Of a stretch of 54,416 bases of DNA, positions 17,511-26,380 are shown piece by piece. Made by a program: the position numbers and the translations under genes. Position 1 is the stretch's first letter. Every line of letters starts with the position of its first letter. The notes under the pieces are model-generated. The model saw only the letters and a list, made by a program, of their open reading frames with translations, ran no database searches and was not told the origin of the DNA. The stretch lies in assembly GCA_020052095.1 (NCBI GenBank), contig JAGVPT010000219.1, positions 1-54,416 on the forward strand. The letters are read 5' to 3'. The stretch is from Bacteroidota bacterium (GTDB lineage Bacteria; Bacteroidota; Ignavibacteria; UBA10030; UBA8401).

Positions 17511-20364
17511 GATTACAAAATTACAAGATTGCAAGATTCTGCGAGATATTGTTCTCTGTGTCTCTGTGGGTGTATTTCTTTTTTCACATGTTGCACGCGC
17601 ACAAAACACCGGTACAATCAAAGGTCGCGTCATTGATGAGAAGACGAATGAAGGTCTGCCGAGCGTCAACATCGTCATCAAAGGAACGTACTACGGCGCG
17701 GCGACTGACTTCGACGGCAACTATAAAATTGAGAAAATAAATCCTGGCACGTACAATATTGATGTTACACTACTGGGCTACAAAGCTGTTCAGTACACTG
17801 CGATAAAAGTCGAAGCCGGACAGACCGTTGAGCTTGACGTGAAAATGGCCGAGTCGGTTCTCTCGCTCGGCACCGAAGTCGTCATCGTCGGAGAGAAGCC
17901 GCTGTTCGACATTGAAGAAACGTCGAGCAAACATTCGATGAGGAGCGAAGACATTGCGGTCACTGCCGTGCGCGAAGTGAAAGACATTGTGGGATTGCAG
18001 ACCGGTGTTGTGCAGAGCGACAACGAAATCCATATTCGCGGAAGTCGAGGCTATGAAAACGCATATCTGGTGGATGGCATTTCGGTGCAGGACGTTCTCG
18101 GCGGAACCGGCTTCGGCTTACAGTTGAGCACTGAGGCAATTCAGGAAATGGAAGTCATCACCGGCGGTTACAATGCGGAGTACGGACAGGCAACGTCCGG
18201 CGTAGTGAACATCACGACGAAGGAAGGCGCGGACAAGTACAGCGGCGCTGTTTCATACAAGACGGATAAATTTTTTGGGGCTAAGTCGCGCGCGAATTTC
18301 AACACCGACATTACTGAAGCAAGCCTGAGCGGACCATTTCCGTTGGCGAATCTTGTCGTGCCGGGCACTCTCAGCTTCTTCGGAAATTTTTCTATGAACT
18401 TGACGGACGGATTCACGCGCTGGTCGGAAAAAATACGAAACGGAAAACCTGCCGGATATGAAAAGAGAGCGCCCAATCAATTGGTTTCATCTATCTTCAA
18501 CGGAAAAGATTTTGCGTTCAGGTTGGCGAACAGTTACGCATGGTCAACAAAACTTACGTGGAAGCCTTCTGCCACGGAAAAGTTGAGCTACTCGTACAAT
18601 CAATCTGTTGAAATAGACCAAAACACTGCGAGCGTGAAGACAACGCTCGAGCGCGAAGAGCCTCAGCCCGGCTATCAGTACGAGTTCAAAAACATTCTCG
18701 ACAGCGCCAACACCTTCACGAAAATCTACATCACGCATACGCTGGCATGGACTCAGACTCTCAGCCCGAAATCGTTTTATGAATTTCGCCTGAGCAGGTA
18801 CACCGCGCACGTTCGCGGCGATGCGAACGGCAAAGACTATACGGGTTACAGCGAACCGAGGGATATTGTGACATTTCCGATTCAGTATTACAACCGAGAC
18901 AGGGACACCGTGGGAATTATTCCCGGCGACGGATTTTATGATACCGGAAGTCCGTCCATCTGGCGCGACCACTACATTAACGAGTACACGCTGAAGTTCG
19001 ATTTCACAAATCATTTCACTGAGAAGAACAAGTTTAAGTCCGGCGTTGAGGCAAAGTTCCAAAACTTCCAGATGATTGACATCAATCAGCCGTGGATTAA
19101 GCCGCGCGGATTGAACAACGACATCTACCAAGTCAGCCCGGCGTCCGGCGCGCTGTATGCGCAAGACAATATTTTCATCAGCGGCATGGTGTTGAACTTC
19201 GGCTTGCGTTTCGATTACTGGTTCCCGGGAAAATTTGTTGATGACGCAATCAACAATCCGAATATCCAGCTTGCGTCGGACGACATTCGCCAAAAATACA
19301 ATGACCAAACGCTTACGCTCTTCGGTCGGCGATGGAAAGGACGGTTGAGTCCGCGCCTCGGTATCTCGCATCCTGTTTCCGACAACCAGACGTTGATTTT
19401 CTCGTACGGACATTTCTCGAAGCTGCCGCGCCCGACGTACGTCTATTCAAAGTTGACGGAGAGCAGCGCGCGTTCTTCAATCCAAACAATCGGCAATCCG
19501 AATCTAAATCCTGAAACAACCGTTCAGTACGAACTCGGCTTGCGCAATCAGATCACCGAAAACGACGTGTTGACAGTAACGGCGTACTACAAAGACATTT
19601 TTGATTACATCACCGCCCGCACCATCCGTGCAAAGAGTGTTCGCTTCTCCAGTGGGTCATACACGATGTATGTGAACGGCGACTACGCGCGCAATAGAGG
19701 TTTCGAGGTTGAGTACAGCAAACGCATCGGCAGAGTGTTTCGCGGAACCCTTTCCGGTTCGTATTCCATTTCTACCGGCAAGAGCTCTTCTGCAACGGAA
19801 GCGTTGTTCAATGTTGCGACAGCAGGAAGAGAAGCTTCGATAAAAGAGAGCTATGTTTCGTGGGACAGACCATTCCAGGCGTCGCTCAGCACGAACTTCA
19901 CCGTGCGGAAGAACGAGCCGCTGTTCGATTTTGCACCGGGGATTTTGGATGACTACAATCTCTACATTCGCTTCTTCTTCCAATCCGGCAAGCGCTATAC
20001 GGGCCAAATTTATACCGGCGTTACTGCGGAAGGTCGCCCCGAGTACACGTCCGATGTTGACCATCAATTGGAAGAAGTCGGTGAGAATTGGTTCTACATA
20101 AATTTCAATTTTGAAAAATACATTGACGCTGGCTTTGGAAAGTTTACCGTAAGCCTTGAAGTCCAAAATCTGTTGAACAACAAGAACTCGCAGGTAATCA
20201 ATCCTGTCACCGGACGAGCGTACGAATACGGCGATGATACCCCGCTGTCGTACAACGATCCGCGCTTTCCGCAGTTGCAGGGAATTATTCAGCCGTTTCC
20301 GTACAACCCGGCTCGTTATCTCAGTCCGCGCACAGCGAAGTTAGGAATCGCGTTCAGGTTCTAA
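17491..20364 (+). CDS. TonB-dependent outer-membrane receptor, SusC-like architecture (CarboxypepD_reg-like N-domain, plug, beta-barrel)
   Basis: I place the start at ATG 17491 (MNLALGKITK ... VARAQ signal); the track ORF from 17311 overlaps the upstream gene. N-domain: TIKGRVIDEKTNEGLPSVNIVIKGTYYGAATDFDGNYKI. Plug and barrel motifs are present, and the C-terminal aromatic residue (GIAFRF) is typical of outer-membrane barrels. Confidence 0.85.
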   Translation: MNLALGKITKLQDCKILRDIVLCVSVGVFLFSHVARAQNTGTIKGRVIDEKTNEGLPSVNIVIKGTYYGAATDFDGNYKIEKINPGTYNIDVTLLGYKAVQYTAIKVEAGQTVELDVKMAESVLSLGTEVVIVGEKPLFDIEETSSKHSMRSEDIAVTAVREVKDIVGLQTGVVQSDNEIHIRGSRGYENAYLVDGISVQDVLGGTGFGLQLSTEAIQEMEVITGGYNAEYGQATSGVVNITTKEGADKYSGAVSYKTDKFFGAKSRANFNTDITEASLSGPFPLANLVVPGTLSFFGNFSMNLTDGFTRWSEKIRNGKPAGYEKRAPNQLVSSIFNGKDFAFRLANSYAWSTKLTWKPSATEKLSYSYNQSVEIDQNTASVKTTLEREEPQPGYQYEFKNILDSANTFTKIYITHTLAWTQTLSPKSFYEFRLSRYTAHVRGDANGKDYTGYSEPRDIVTFPIQYYNRDRDTVGIIPGDGFYDTGSPSIWRDHYINEYTLKFDFTNHFTEKNKFKSGVEAKFQNFQMIDINQPWIKPRGLNNDIYQVSPASGALYAQDNIFISGMVLNFGLRFDYWFPGKFVDDAINNPNIQLASDDIRQKYNDQTLTLFGRRWKGRLSPRLGISHPVSDNQTLIFSYGHFSKLPRPTYVYSKLTESSARSSIQTIGNPNLNPETTVQYELGLRNQITENDVLTVTAYYKDIFDYITARTIRAKSVRFSSGSYTMYVNGDYARNRGFEVEYSKRIGRVFRGTLSGSYSISTGKSSSATEALFNVATAGREASIKESYVSWDRPFQASLSTNFTVRKNEPLFDFAPGILDDYNLYIRFFFQSGKRYTGQIYTGVTAEGRPEYTSDVDHQLEEVGENWFYINFNFEKYIDAGFGKFTVSLEVQNLLNNKNSQVINPVTGRAYEYGDDTPLSYNDPRFPQLQGIIQPFPYNPARYLSPRTAKLGIAFRF

Positions 20365-20367
20365 TTC

Positions 20368-20522
20368 AATGAGCAATGAACAATGAGCAATCAACAATTG
20401 AGGATTAACAATAAGAATAAGAATTTGTTGACGCGAGTTACAAATCGTAGCAGTCTGCGGAGAACTGTTCATTGTTCATTGCTCATTGTTATGTGTTCAT
20501 TATTCATTGTTCAATGTTCATT
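20368..20522. repeat. Inverted arrays of a heptanucleotide tandem repeat (AATGARC x5 and GTTCATT x8)
   Basis: Left array 20368-20402: AATGAGC AATGAAC AATGAGC AATCAAC AATTGAG. Right array 20467-20522: GTTCATT GTTCATT GCTCATT GTTATGT GTTCATT ATTCATT GTTCAAT GTTCATT. The units are reverse complements of each other, and a 19-nt perfect complementary stretch exists between the arms. Confidence 0.9.
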
Positions 20523-21543
20523 GTCTCAACTGGTGCCGAACCTTGGCGGACAGCGTTCCGGAATTTCAGCGTATCAATTTTTGAAGATTGGCGTGGATGC
20601 CCGCGGCTCTAGTATGGGCGAAGCGTACGTCGCCGTTGTTAATGATGTGTCGTCGTTGTACTGGAATCCCGCCGCCTTGGTCAATTACAACGGTGGTCGC
20701 GCTGTTGTAACGTCAACGATGGACGATCACGCCTCGACAAGTGAGTTCGCTATCGTCTCAGGTCAGACAATGGCGTCGCATACCCAATGGCTGGTGGATT
20801 TGCAGCACGAATTCTTCGGCGTGAGCTATTATCTTTCCTCCAGCGATGCTCTCGGTTTTGCAGTTACATTGCTTCATACCGACGATATGAAAGTGACGAC
20901 CGAAACCCAGCCGACGGGAGACGGAACGTACTTCTCGTACCAAGACATGGCAGTTGCCGCAACGTACTCACGAAAGATGACGGACCAGTTCAGTTTTGGC
21001 GCGACCATTCGCTACGTCCGCGAGACAATTGATGTGCTGCACATGGACGGAGTGTTGGTTGACCTCGGAACATTCTATTACATGGGACTCGGTTCGTCGC
21101 GCTTCGCAGTTGTTGTTTCAAATTTTGGCGCGAACGTTCAGCCGACCGGCACGGTGAAACGAAGCGACGGCTCCACGGTGAATAGCTTCCAGTCATTTTC
21201 GCCCCCGACAATGTTCAAATTAGGATACGCGCTTGAGCCGTGGCAAGATGAACACAATCGGCTGACGACCTCCGTCCAACTGAATCATCCAAATGACAAC
21301 GCGGAAAACGTTCGTCTCGGCGCAGAGTATGAATACGACAAAACGTTCTTCCTTCGCGTTGGTGTGAAGCGGACAATCGGAGAATCGTTCCTCGGCAAAG
21401 CGTCGTCAACGGCAGAAGATTATACATTCGGCGCCGGCGTGTTCGTTCCGCTCGGCATCATCAAAGCTTCGTTCGATTATGCGTTTGCCAATTTCAATGA
21501 CCTGGGTTCGGTGCATCGCATTACTGTTATGATAACGTACTGA
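20383..21543 (+). CDS. PorV/PorQ-family (FadL-fold-like) outer-membrane protein; start codon uncertain (alternative in-frame ATG at 20491)
   Basis: 386-aa ORF. FLKIGVDARGSSMGEAYVAVVNDVSSLYWNPAAL matches the conserved N-terminal PorV signature as I recall it (FL.I..D.R...MG.A.VA...D..S.YWNP). It has an alternating beta-strand pattern and a C-terminal aromatic residue (VMITY). Confidence 0.7.
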   Translation: MSNQQLRINNKNKNLLTRVTNRSSLRRTVHCSLLIVMCSLFIVQCSLSQLVPNLGGQRSGISAYQFLKIGVDARGSSMGEAYVAVVNDVSSLYWNPAALVNYNGGRAVVTSTMDDHASTSEFAIVSGQTMASHTQWLVDLQHEFFGVSYYLSSSDALGFAVTLLHTDDMKVTTETQPTGDGTYFSYQDMAVAATYSRKMTDQFSFGATIRYVRETIDVLHMDGVLVDLGTFYYMGLGSSRFAVVVSNFGANVQPTGTVKRSDGSTVNSFQSFSPPTMFKLGYALEPWQDEHNRLTTSVQLNHPNDNAENVRLGAEYEYDKTFFLRVGVKRTIGESFLGKASSTAEDYTFGAGVFVPLGIIKASFDYAFANFNDLGSVHRITVMITY

Positions 21544-21548
21544 ACAGC

Positions 21549-22646
21549 ATGAAACATTTTTTCTCCTTTATAGTAATTATGATTTTAGTTTCCGCGGGAT
21601 GTCAATTGCCGTACGACCCGAACAGATTACCGCCGGCAACCGATATTCCGACGGCAACTGATACATCGTACGTTCCAAAAGGAGAATGGGGGGGATTCAT
21701 TAAGCCGGTGGCAATCATCTACGGTCGCGATCAATTGTTCTATGTCGCCGATTATCTTGGCAATCGCATCGTCATCTTGAATCAAGCCGGACAAGAGTTA
21801 AGCAGGTTGGAAAATATCGTTCATCCTGCATCTATCGGACAAGATACACGCCTCGATTTAATTGTCGGCGCAGAAACACGCGAGCCGACAACCGGCGACA
21901 CAATTGGTGTTATCTTAAGAATAAAACTCGTGAACGCCTCGCACCTTCTCGATCAGGCTGAAATCGATACGATATGGAAGGAGCCGGCTCGTCCGCTGCG
22001 GCGCTTCGTCGGCATTGGTATTATTCCGAACGATGAGTATCTCGTCGTGCGCGACGGTCCGGACAACAGCAGCATCGTTGACCCCGATGCTCGCGTGCTG
22101 CGTTTCCGTTATGTGCACGTGAATGCAACGGCGCGGAAGGATTCGTTCATCACGTCGTTGGGAGATTTGCAATCGGGCGTTGGCGGTTCGATAGCAAACA
22201 TCAACCGCCCGACCGGCATTGCGACGTTTCCGGGCAGAGCAGATTTTATTTTGATTCAGCGAGCAGAAGGAATTCAGTACTCAGCAATCTGGATGGTGTA
22301 CTCGAAAACGTTCGATTTCGAAGGTTGGCTGCCAAAGTACGATCCGTCGCAGCCGGACCAGCGCAGCATTGATTTCGTTCGACCCAACCGATTTATCGAG
22401 CCGCGCGGTGTTGCAATAGACCGTCTTCGTTCTGATATTTTTATTGTCGATGCGTCTCAGGATAGCGTTGTCAAGTTTAACAGCCGCGGTGTGTTCAAGG
22501 GAGAGTCGTTTGGGAGAAAGAATTCGGTTGGAGGCGACCTCGACAATCCTCGCAGCGTGGCGATTGCAGAAAAAACTTTGTATGTGTGCGATTCGGATTC
22601 CCTTCGCGGACGCATTGTGTTATACAGACTTTCCACGGATTTCTGA
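21549..22646 (+). CDS. NHL-repeat beta-propeller lipoprotein
   Basis: 365-aa ORF with lipobox VSAGC. NHL-like repeats: LFYVADYLGNRIVILN, IFIVDASQDSVVKFN, LYVCDSDSLRGRIVLYRL. It starts 5 nt after the PorV-like stop. Confidence 0.65.
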   Translation: MKHFFSFIVIMILVSAGCQLPYDPNRLPPATDIPTATDTSYVPKGEWGGFIKPVAIIYGRDQLFYVADYLGNRIVILNQAGQELSRLENIVHPASIGQDTRLDLIVGAETREPTTGDTIGVILRIKLVNASHLLDQAEIDTIWKEPARPLRRFVGIGIIPNDEYLVVRDGPDNSSIVDPDARVLRFRYVHVNATARKDSFITSLGDLQSGVGGSIANINRPTGIATFPGRADFILIQRAEGIQYSAIWMVYSKTFDFEGWLPKYDPSQPDQRSIDFVRPNRFIEPRGVAIDRLRSDIFIVDASQDSVVKFNSRGVFKGESFGRKNSVGGDLDNPRSVAIAEKTLYVCDSDSLRGRIVLYRLSTDF

Positions 22647-22663
22647 GTCTCAATTCTCTTCCC

Positions 22664-23275
22664 TCATTTCTTCTTTTCGTAATTATACCGCCCTAATTCA
22701 AACAAATCATTTGCCCTGCTGTAGAAGTTCCCGCCCATTCTCGCAATCGGTCTGAGTTTCGCTTGGTCGATCGCCCCATTCGAGTACACTTCATCCTTCA
22801 CATGGAATTGGACAACCTCACCGATAATGAGGTCAGTCGGATCAGTACCTATCTCAAGATGTTTGTACAGGACGCACTCGCAGTTCACTTTGGATGTTTC
22901 GATGCGCGGCGTCCGGACTACGGTGCTTGCGACAAGGGTGAGTTTTGCCTGCTCGATTTCAGACATCCCCTCCGGAAAATCGGCCGAAGAGATATTCATT
23001 GAATGAACCAATTCGTCGGTCACGAGATTCACGACGAACTCCTTTTGGCGCAAAATATTTTCCGCCGTGTGTTTCATTTGGCCTTTTTTCCTTCCCACAG
23101 AGATCATGATCAGCGGGGGAGAGCCGGTAAGTGCATTGAAGAAACTGTACGGCGCAGCGTTGACGACGTTCCTATCATTCATCGACGTGACGAAGGCGAT
23201 GGGACGGGGGACGACGGCGCCCACCAAAAGGTTGTACGCATCGCGCGGAGAGAGTGTTCTTGGATCAATAGTCAT
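22664..23275 (-). CDS. Flavin reductase-like (FMN-binding split-barrel) protein
   Basis: 203-aa ORF. N-terminus LSPRDAYNLLVGAVVPRPIAFVTSMNDRNVVNAAPYSFFNA is the typical Flavin_Reduct domain pattern. It overlaps the upstream ABC ATPase gene by 11 nt. Confidence 0.75.
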   Translation of the reverse strand: MTIDPRTLSPRDAYNLLVGAVVPRPIAFVTSMNDRNVVNAAPYSFFNALTGSPPLIMISVGRKKGQMKHTAENILRQKEFVVNLVTDELVHSMNISSADFPEGMSEIEQAKLTLVASTVVRTPRIETSKVNCECVLYKHLEIGTDPTDLIIGEVVQFHVKDEVYSNGAIDQAKLRPIARMGGNFYSRANDLFELGRYNYEKKK

Positions 23276-24095
23276 TTGCTTTTTCCTTCAGAAATGGAAC
23301 AAAATCGCGCACAGTCGTTGCCACGGGGCGCTGACCGAAAAGCCGAGAAAGTCTCGACGATACCGGCAACTGAGCCTTTGCGTTCTTCATCGCCGCAGAT
23401 GCATCTGGCCGGATAAGGAAATGCGAAAGAGAACCATCGACCACACAACGCCCATCGCGGAGAATCAGAATTCGGTCACAGTGCTGAAATCCATATGCTG
23501 CGTCGTGGGTGACGAGGATGTAACCCTTGCCTCTCTTGCGGAGGAGGCTGAGCGCTTTCGCAAAGATGTTCTTCTCCGGCATGCTCAATCCGACGGTGGG
23601 CTCATCAAAGACTAAAAAAGGCGTGTCCATGGCAACGGCAGATGCGAGAGTAATTAACTTGCGCTGCGCAGCATGGAGGTCGTACGGATGTCGTTCGGCA
23701 TATTCCGACAAAGAAAACATTTCCATCGCATCCGCAACAAGATAATCGGCGTTGACTTTGGCGAGATTGGTCGGGCCGAAGGAAATCTCTTTACGGACCG
23801 TCGGCGAGAAGATTTGGTGTTCCGCCGATTGAAGAGAGACTGCAATATCTCCCGCCAATTCATGGAGCGCTCTTCCCTTCGTGATCTTCCCGGCGACATG
23901 AATTTTCCCTTGCTGGGGCGACAGCAGTCCGAGCAGCAGTTTCAGCAACGTAGATTTGCCTGCGCCATTCGCACCTGTCAGGACGGTTGTCGACGATTGA
24001 CCGAATTGCACACTAATATTCTGCAGAACGGGAGCAGCGGATCCGTAGTGAAACGTGACATCGCTTATGCTGATGTACGGCACTTCTTCATCCAT
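23265..24095 (-). CDS. ECF/cobalt-type ABC transporter ATP-binding protein (second ATPase)
   Basis: 276-aa ORF with Walker A GANGAGKST and Walker B LVFDEPT. Confidence 0.8.
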   Translation of the reverse strand: MDEEVPYISISDVTFHYGSAAPVLQNISVQFGQSSTTVLTGANGAGKSTLLKLLLGLLSPQQGKIHVAGKITKGRALHELAGDIAVSLQSAEHQIFSPTVRKEISFGPTNLAKVNADYLVADAMEMFSLSEYAERHPYDLHAAQRKLITLASAVAMDTPFLVFDEPTVGLSMPEKNIFAKALSLLRKRGKGYILVTHDAAYGFQHCDRILILRDGRCVVDGSLSHFLIRPDASAAMKNAKAQLPVSSRLSRLFGQRPVATTVRDFVPFLKEKANDY

Positions 24096-24877
24096 TCAAT
24101 AGTCTCTTTGAACAATAATGAAATGTGGTTCCGCCCGAGCGACCGCTGGACATCAATCAATTCCGGCAACGTGAGCGAGGATACGTCTATGTTGGAATTT
24201 AACAAATCGTGCGGCGTTCCAAGAAATTGCTGGCGACCGTTTTCCAGGAAGAGGACATGGTTACAGAGCTCAAACGTAGCGCTCATATTTTGTTCTATGA
24301 AAATGATTGTCGACGAACGTTTCGCGACGCGCAGAAAATCTATCAGATGTCGAACATGGTCTGCGTCGAGCGCCTGCGTCGGCTCGTCAAGAATGAACAA
24401 GCGAGGATGCTTCGCGGCTTCGCTCGCGATTGCGAGCATTTGGGTCTCACCCCCTGAAAGAGTTTTGGGATGACGATACCGGAGCCCGATGAGGTGAAAC
24501 GTTGAGAGCTGTTCTTCGATCCGCTCTCTCATGATATCACGTGGCACTCCGAACTGCTCCAACGAAAATGCGATTTCTTCCTCAACAGTTTCAGTAACTC
24601 CCGAAAGCTGCAACGATGCATCCTGAAACACGAAGCCGATTTCGGAAGTGCCAGGCGCCTGATCTTGAGCATCAAAAATCACCGTACCGGTCAGGCTCCC
24701 GCCCCGGAAATGTTTTTGGAGCAAACCGGCGAGGGCGTACGCAAAGGTGGTTTTACCCGCTTGCGAAGGTCCTATCACCCCCAAGGCCTGGCCATCCTGC
24801 AGATGAAGTGAGATGTGTTCGAAGCTGTTGCGCGCTTCTTGCTTATATCGAAATGAAAGGTCTTTGATTGTAATCAT
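24065..24877 (-). CDS. ECF/cobalt-type ABC transporter ATP-binding protein (first ATPase)
   Basis: 270-aa ORF with Walker A GPSQAGKTT, signature LSGGETQ and Walker B LFILDEPT. Confidence 0.8.
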   Translation of the reverse strand: MITIKDLSFRYKQEARNSFEHISLHLQDGQALGVIGPSQAGKTTFAYALAGLLQKHFRGGSLTGTVIFDAQDQAPGTSEIGFVFQDASLQLSGVTETVEEEIAFSLEQFGVPRDIMRERIEEQLSTFHLIGLRYRHPKTLSGGETQMLAIASEAAKHPRLFILDEPTQALDADHVRHLIDFLRVAKRSSTIIFIEQNMSATFELCNHVLFLENGRQQFLGTPHDLLNSNIDVSSLTLPELIDVQRSLGRNHISLLFKETIEWMKKCRTSA

Positions 24878-25557
24878 GGGAGGATAAAGCTCGCAACAAT
24901 GAGACCGAGGGACGAAAGGAGCAGGATCGCAATCGACAATTTGTCGAAAGGAGAGAGGGTAAGCGTGCGAAGGTAAATTTTTTCCGCCGGTGACTCAATG
25001 CCTTTAAATTCGAACGCCAGGCTTCGGTCGAGACCCTGTGAGATGGCAATAAGCATTACGGGGAGCAAAAGCGGGAAGATATTTTTCCATTTGTTGCCCA
25101 GGGATCGATTAGCATTATATCCCCGAAGTTGCTGGCCGATATACACCGCCTGAAACACATCGCGCAGGCTTTGAATAATCTCGAAAGAGAATATGAAGAG
25201 ATAATGAAGCCGGGACGGTATGGGAACTGTTCGCAGTCCCAGGCGAAAATCGGTTGGAGATCCCCCAAGGAGAACGATCACCAGCGGCGTAATGAGAAGA
25301 ACGAACCTGAGAGCGTATGCGAGTCCACGGGAGAATGGTGCGCCGAAGGCGGAATTTACGAGGAAAAGTAGAATTCCGATGGGCAGAATGTATAATGCAA
25401 TTTTCTTCCAGGCCTGTTTTCGCTTCCGGATCGATGAGGCTGCTGAAAGCAGAATCATCACCCCAACCATCTGCGTCGTCGGCGCGCCGAAAAGAGCGAT
25501 GACGAAAAAGAAGAGGATGAAGCACAATGATGTCAAAGGATGAAGTGTGCGATGCAC
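24874..25557 (-). CDS. ECF transporter transmembrane (T) component, CbiQ/EcfT family
   Basis: 227-aa polytopic membrane ORF. It shares a 4-nt overlap with the ATPase gene, and its position and size are typical of EcfT. Confidence 0.65.
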   Translation of the reverse strand: MHRTLHPLTSLCFILFFFVIALFGAPTTQMVGVMILLSAASSIRKRKQAWKKIALYILPIGILLFLVNSAFGAPFSRGLAYALRFVLLITPLVIVLLGGSPTDFRLGLRTVPIPSRLHYLFIFSFEIIQSLRDVFQAVYIGQQLRGYNANRSLGNKWKNIFPLLLPVMLIAISQGLDRSLAFEFKGIESPAEKIYLRTLTLSPFDKLSIAILLLSSLGLIVASFILP

Positions 25558-25560
25558 GAT

Positions 25561-26157
25561 TTACCTCACGGTGGATTGGGGAAACCGATTTCGGAGAGAG
25601 TCGGGCATCTGCATCAAAATAAAATACACCAGCACATACGACACGCACTTGTCGATAGGATCGGAGGCAAGTCCCTGGTACAAAACGCTTTTCTGCACAC
25701 TCTCGCCAATCGCACGAAAATAGAGAACGAGGAAATCTGTGCCTCCGAGCGTAATTCCCCCGAAGACGAAAGCCGAGATTGGCGCCGACACAAGGGCGGT
25801 GATAATTCCCTGAAACAGACCGAATGCAATCACCGTTGGGAGGGAGGAAAAACCATTCTTCGATGCAAAGTATCCGGCGCATGCACCAACCACGATCGAC
25901 ACCGGGGCAAAGAAGATCATCGCCGGGTTGAAAATTATGCCCGCGGCAACGTTGGACATCAATCCGCAGACCATGGCGGCATACATCCCGCAGATGGCAC
26001 CGATGAATATTGTTCCTACGGAATCGAGGTACAAAGGAATTTTTACTACGGCAGTCAATTCGCCCATGATGAGATTGATGCCGATCCCCACGGCGATAAG
26101 GGGAAGCGCGGCACCGGTAGTTTGGAGACGGAACCGTTCTTTCATTGATTGTTTCAT
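25561..26157 (-). CDS. ECF transporter substrate-specific (S) component-like membrane protein, substrate unknown
   Basis: I place the start at ATG 26157 (MKQSMKERFRLQTTGAALPLIAVGIGINLIMG). About 198 aa with 5-6 predicted TM helices. It lies immediately upstream of the T, A and A' genes. The track ORF extension to 26274 lacks a membrane-protein N-terminus. Confidence 0.6.
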   Translation of the reverse strand: MKQSMKERFRLQTTGAALPLIAVGIGINLIMGELTAVVKIPLYLDSVGTIFIGAICGMYAAMVCGLMSNVAAGIIFNPAMIFFAPVSIVVGACAGYFASKNGFSSLPTVIAFGLFQGIITALVSAPISAFVFGGITLGGTDFLVLYFRAIGESVQKSVLYQGLASDPIDKCVSYVLVYFILMQMPDSLRNRFPQSTVR

Positions 26158-26380
26158 GGCTGAACATAAGATAAAAAAAAGATACGAGATTAAAAGAAGT
26201 ACTTTATATATATTCACATACGCAACCGCATCCACATGTCCCGCACACACGCGATGGCTTTCTCTACTCAGCACTATTAGCTGGCTTCACAACTCACCAC
26301 ATTCTTCATCCTTGAATACGCCTACGTATGAGAACGGAATATACATACTACGACGTCCCGCACATTAACTCCGGCAAGAC

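Noticed and set aside
18544-19413. A 289-aa ORF antisense to the TonB-dependent receptor. Similar long antisense or alternate-frame ORFs occur at 41689-42474, 31724-32470, 23673-24473, 29788-30435, 8882-9580 and 16160-16681.
   Set aside because: All lie inside strongly supported genes on the opposite strand or in another frame. They have biased composition and no motifs, as is typical of shadow ORFs in moderately GC-rich coding DNA.
25115-26167. A 350-aa minus-strand ORF overlapping the ECF S and T genes in another frame.
   Set aside because: It is Arg/Cys/His/Pro-rich and of low complexity, with no recognisable motif. It is fully overlapped by two membrane-protein ORFs with sensible hydrophobic profiles and operon context. 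I treat it as a shadow ORF.
26158-26380. A possible TPP (THI-box) riboswitch in the ECF leader. The minus strand contains GTGCTGAGTAGA and GGATGCGGTTGCG, faintly like CUGAGA and GGAUAAUGCCAGCG.
   Set aside because: The pairing partners (GGGG/ACCC, P4-P5 ACCUGAUCUGG) are missing, and the match is only a few scattered nucleotides. It cannot be supported without a covariance-model scan.
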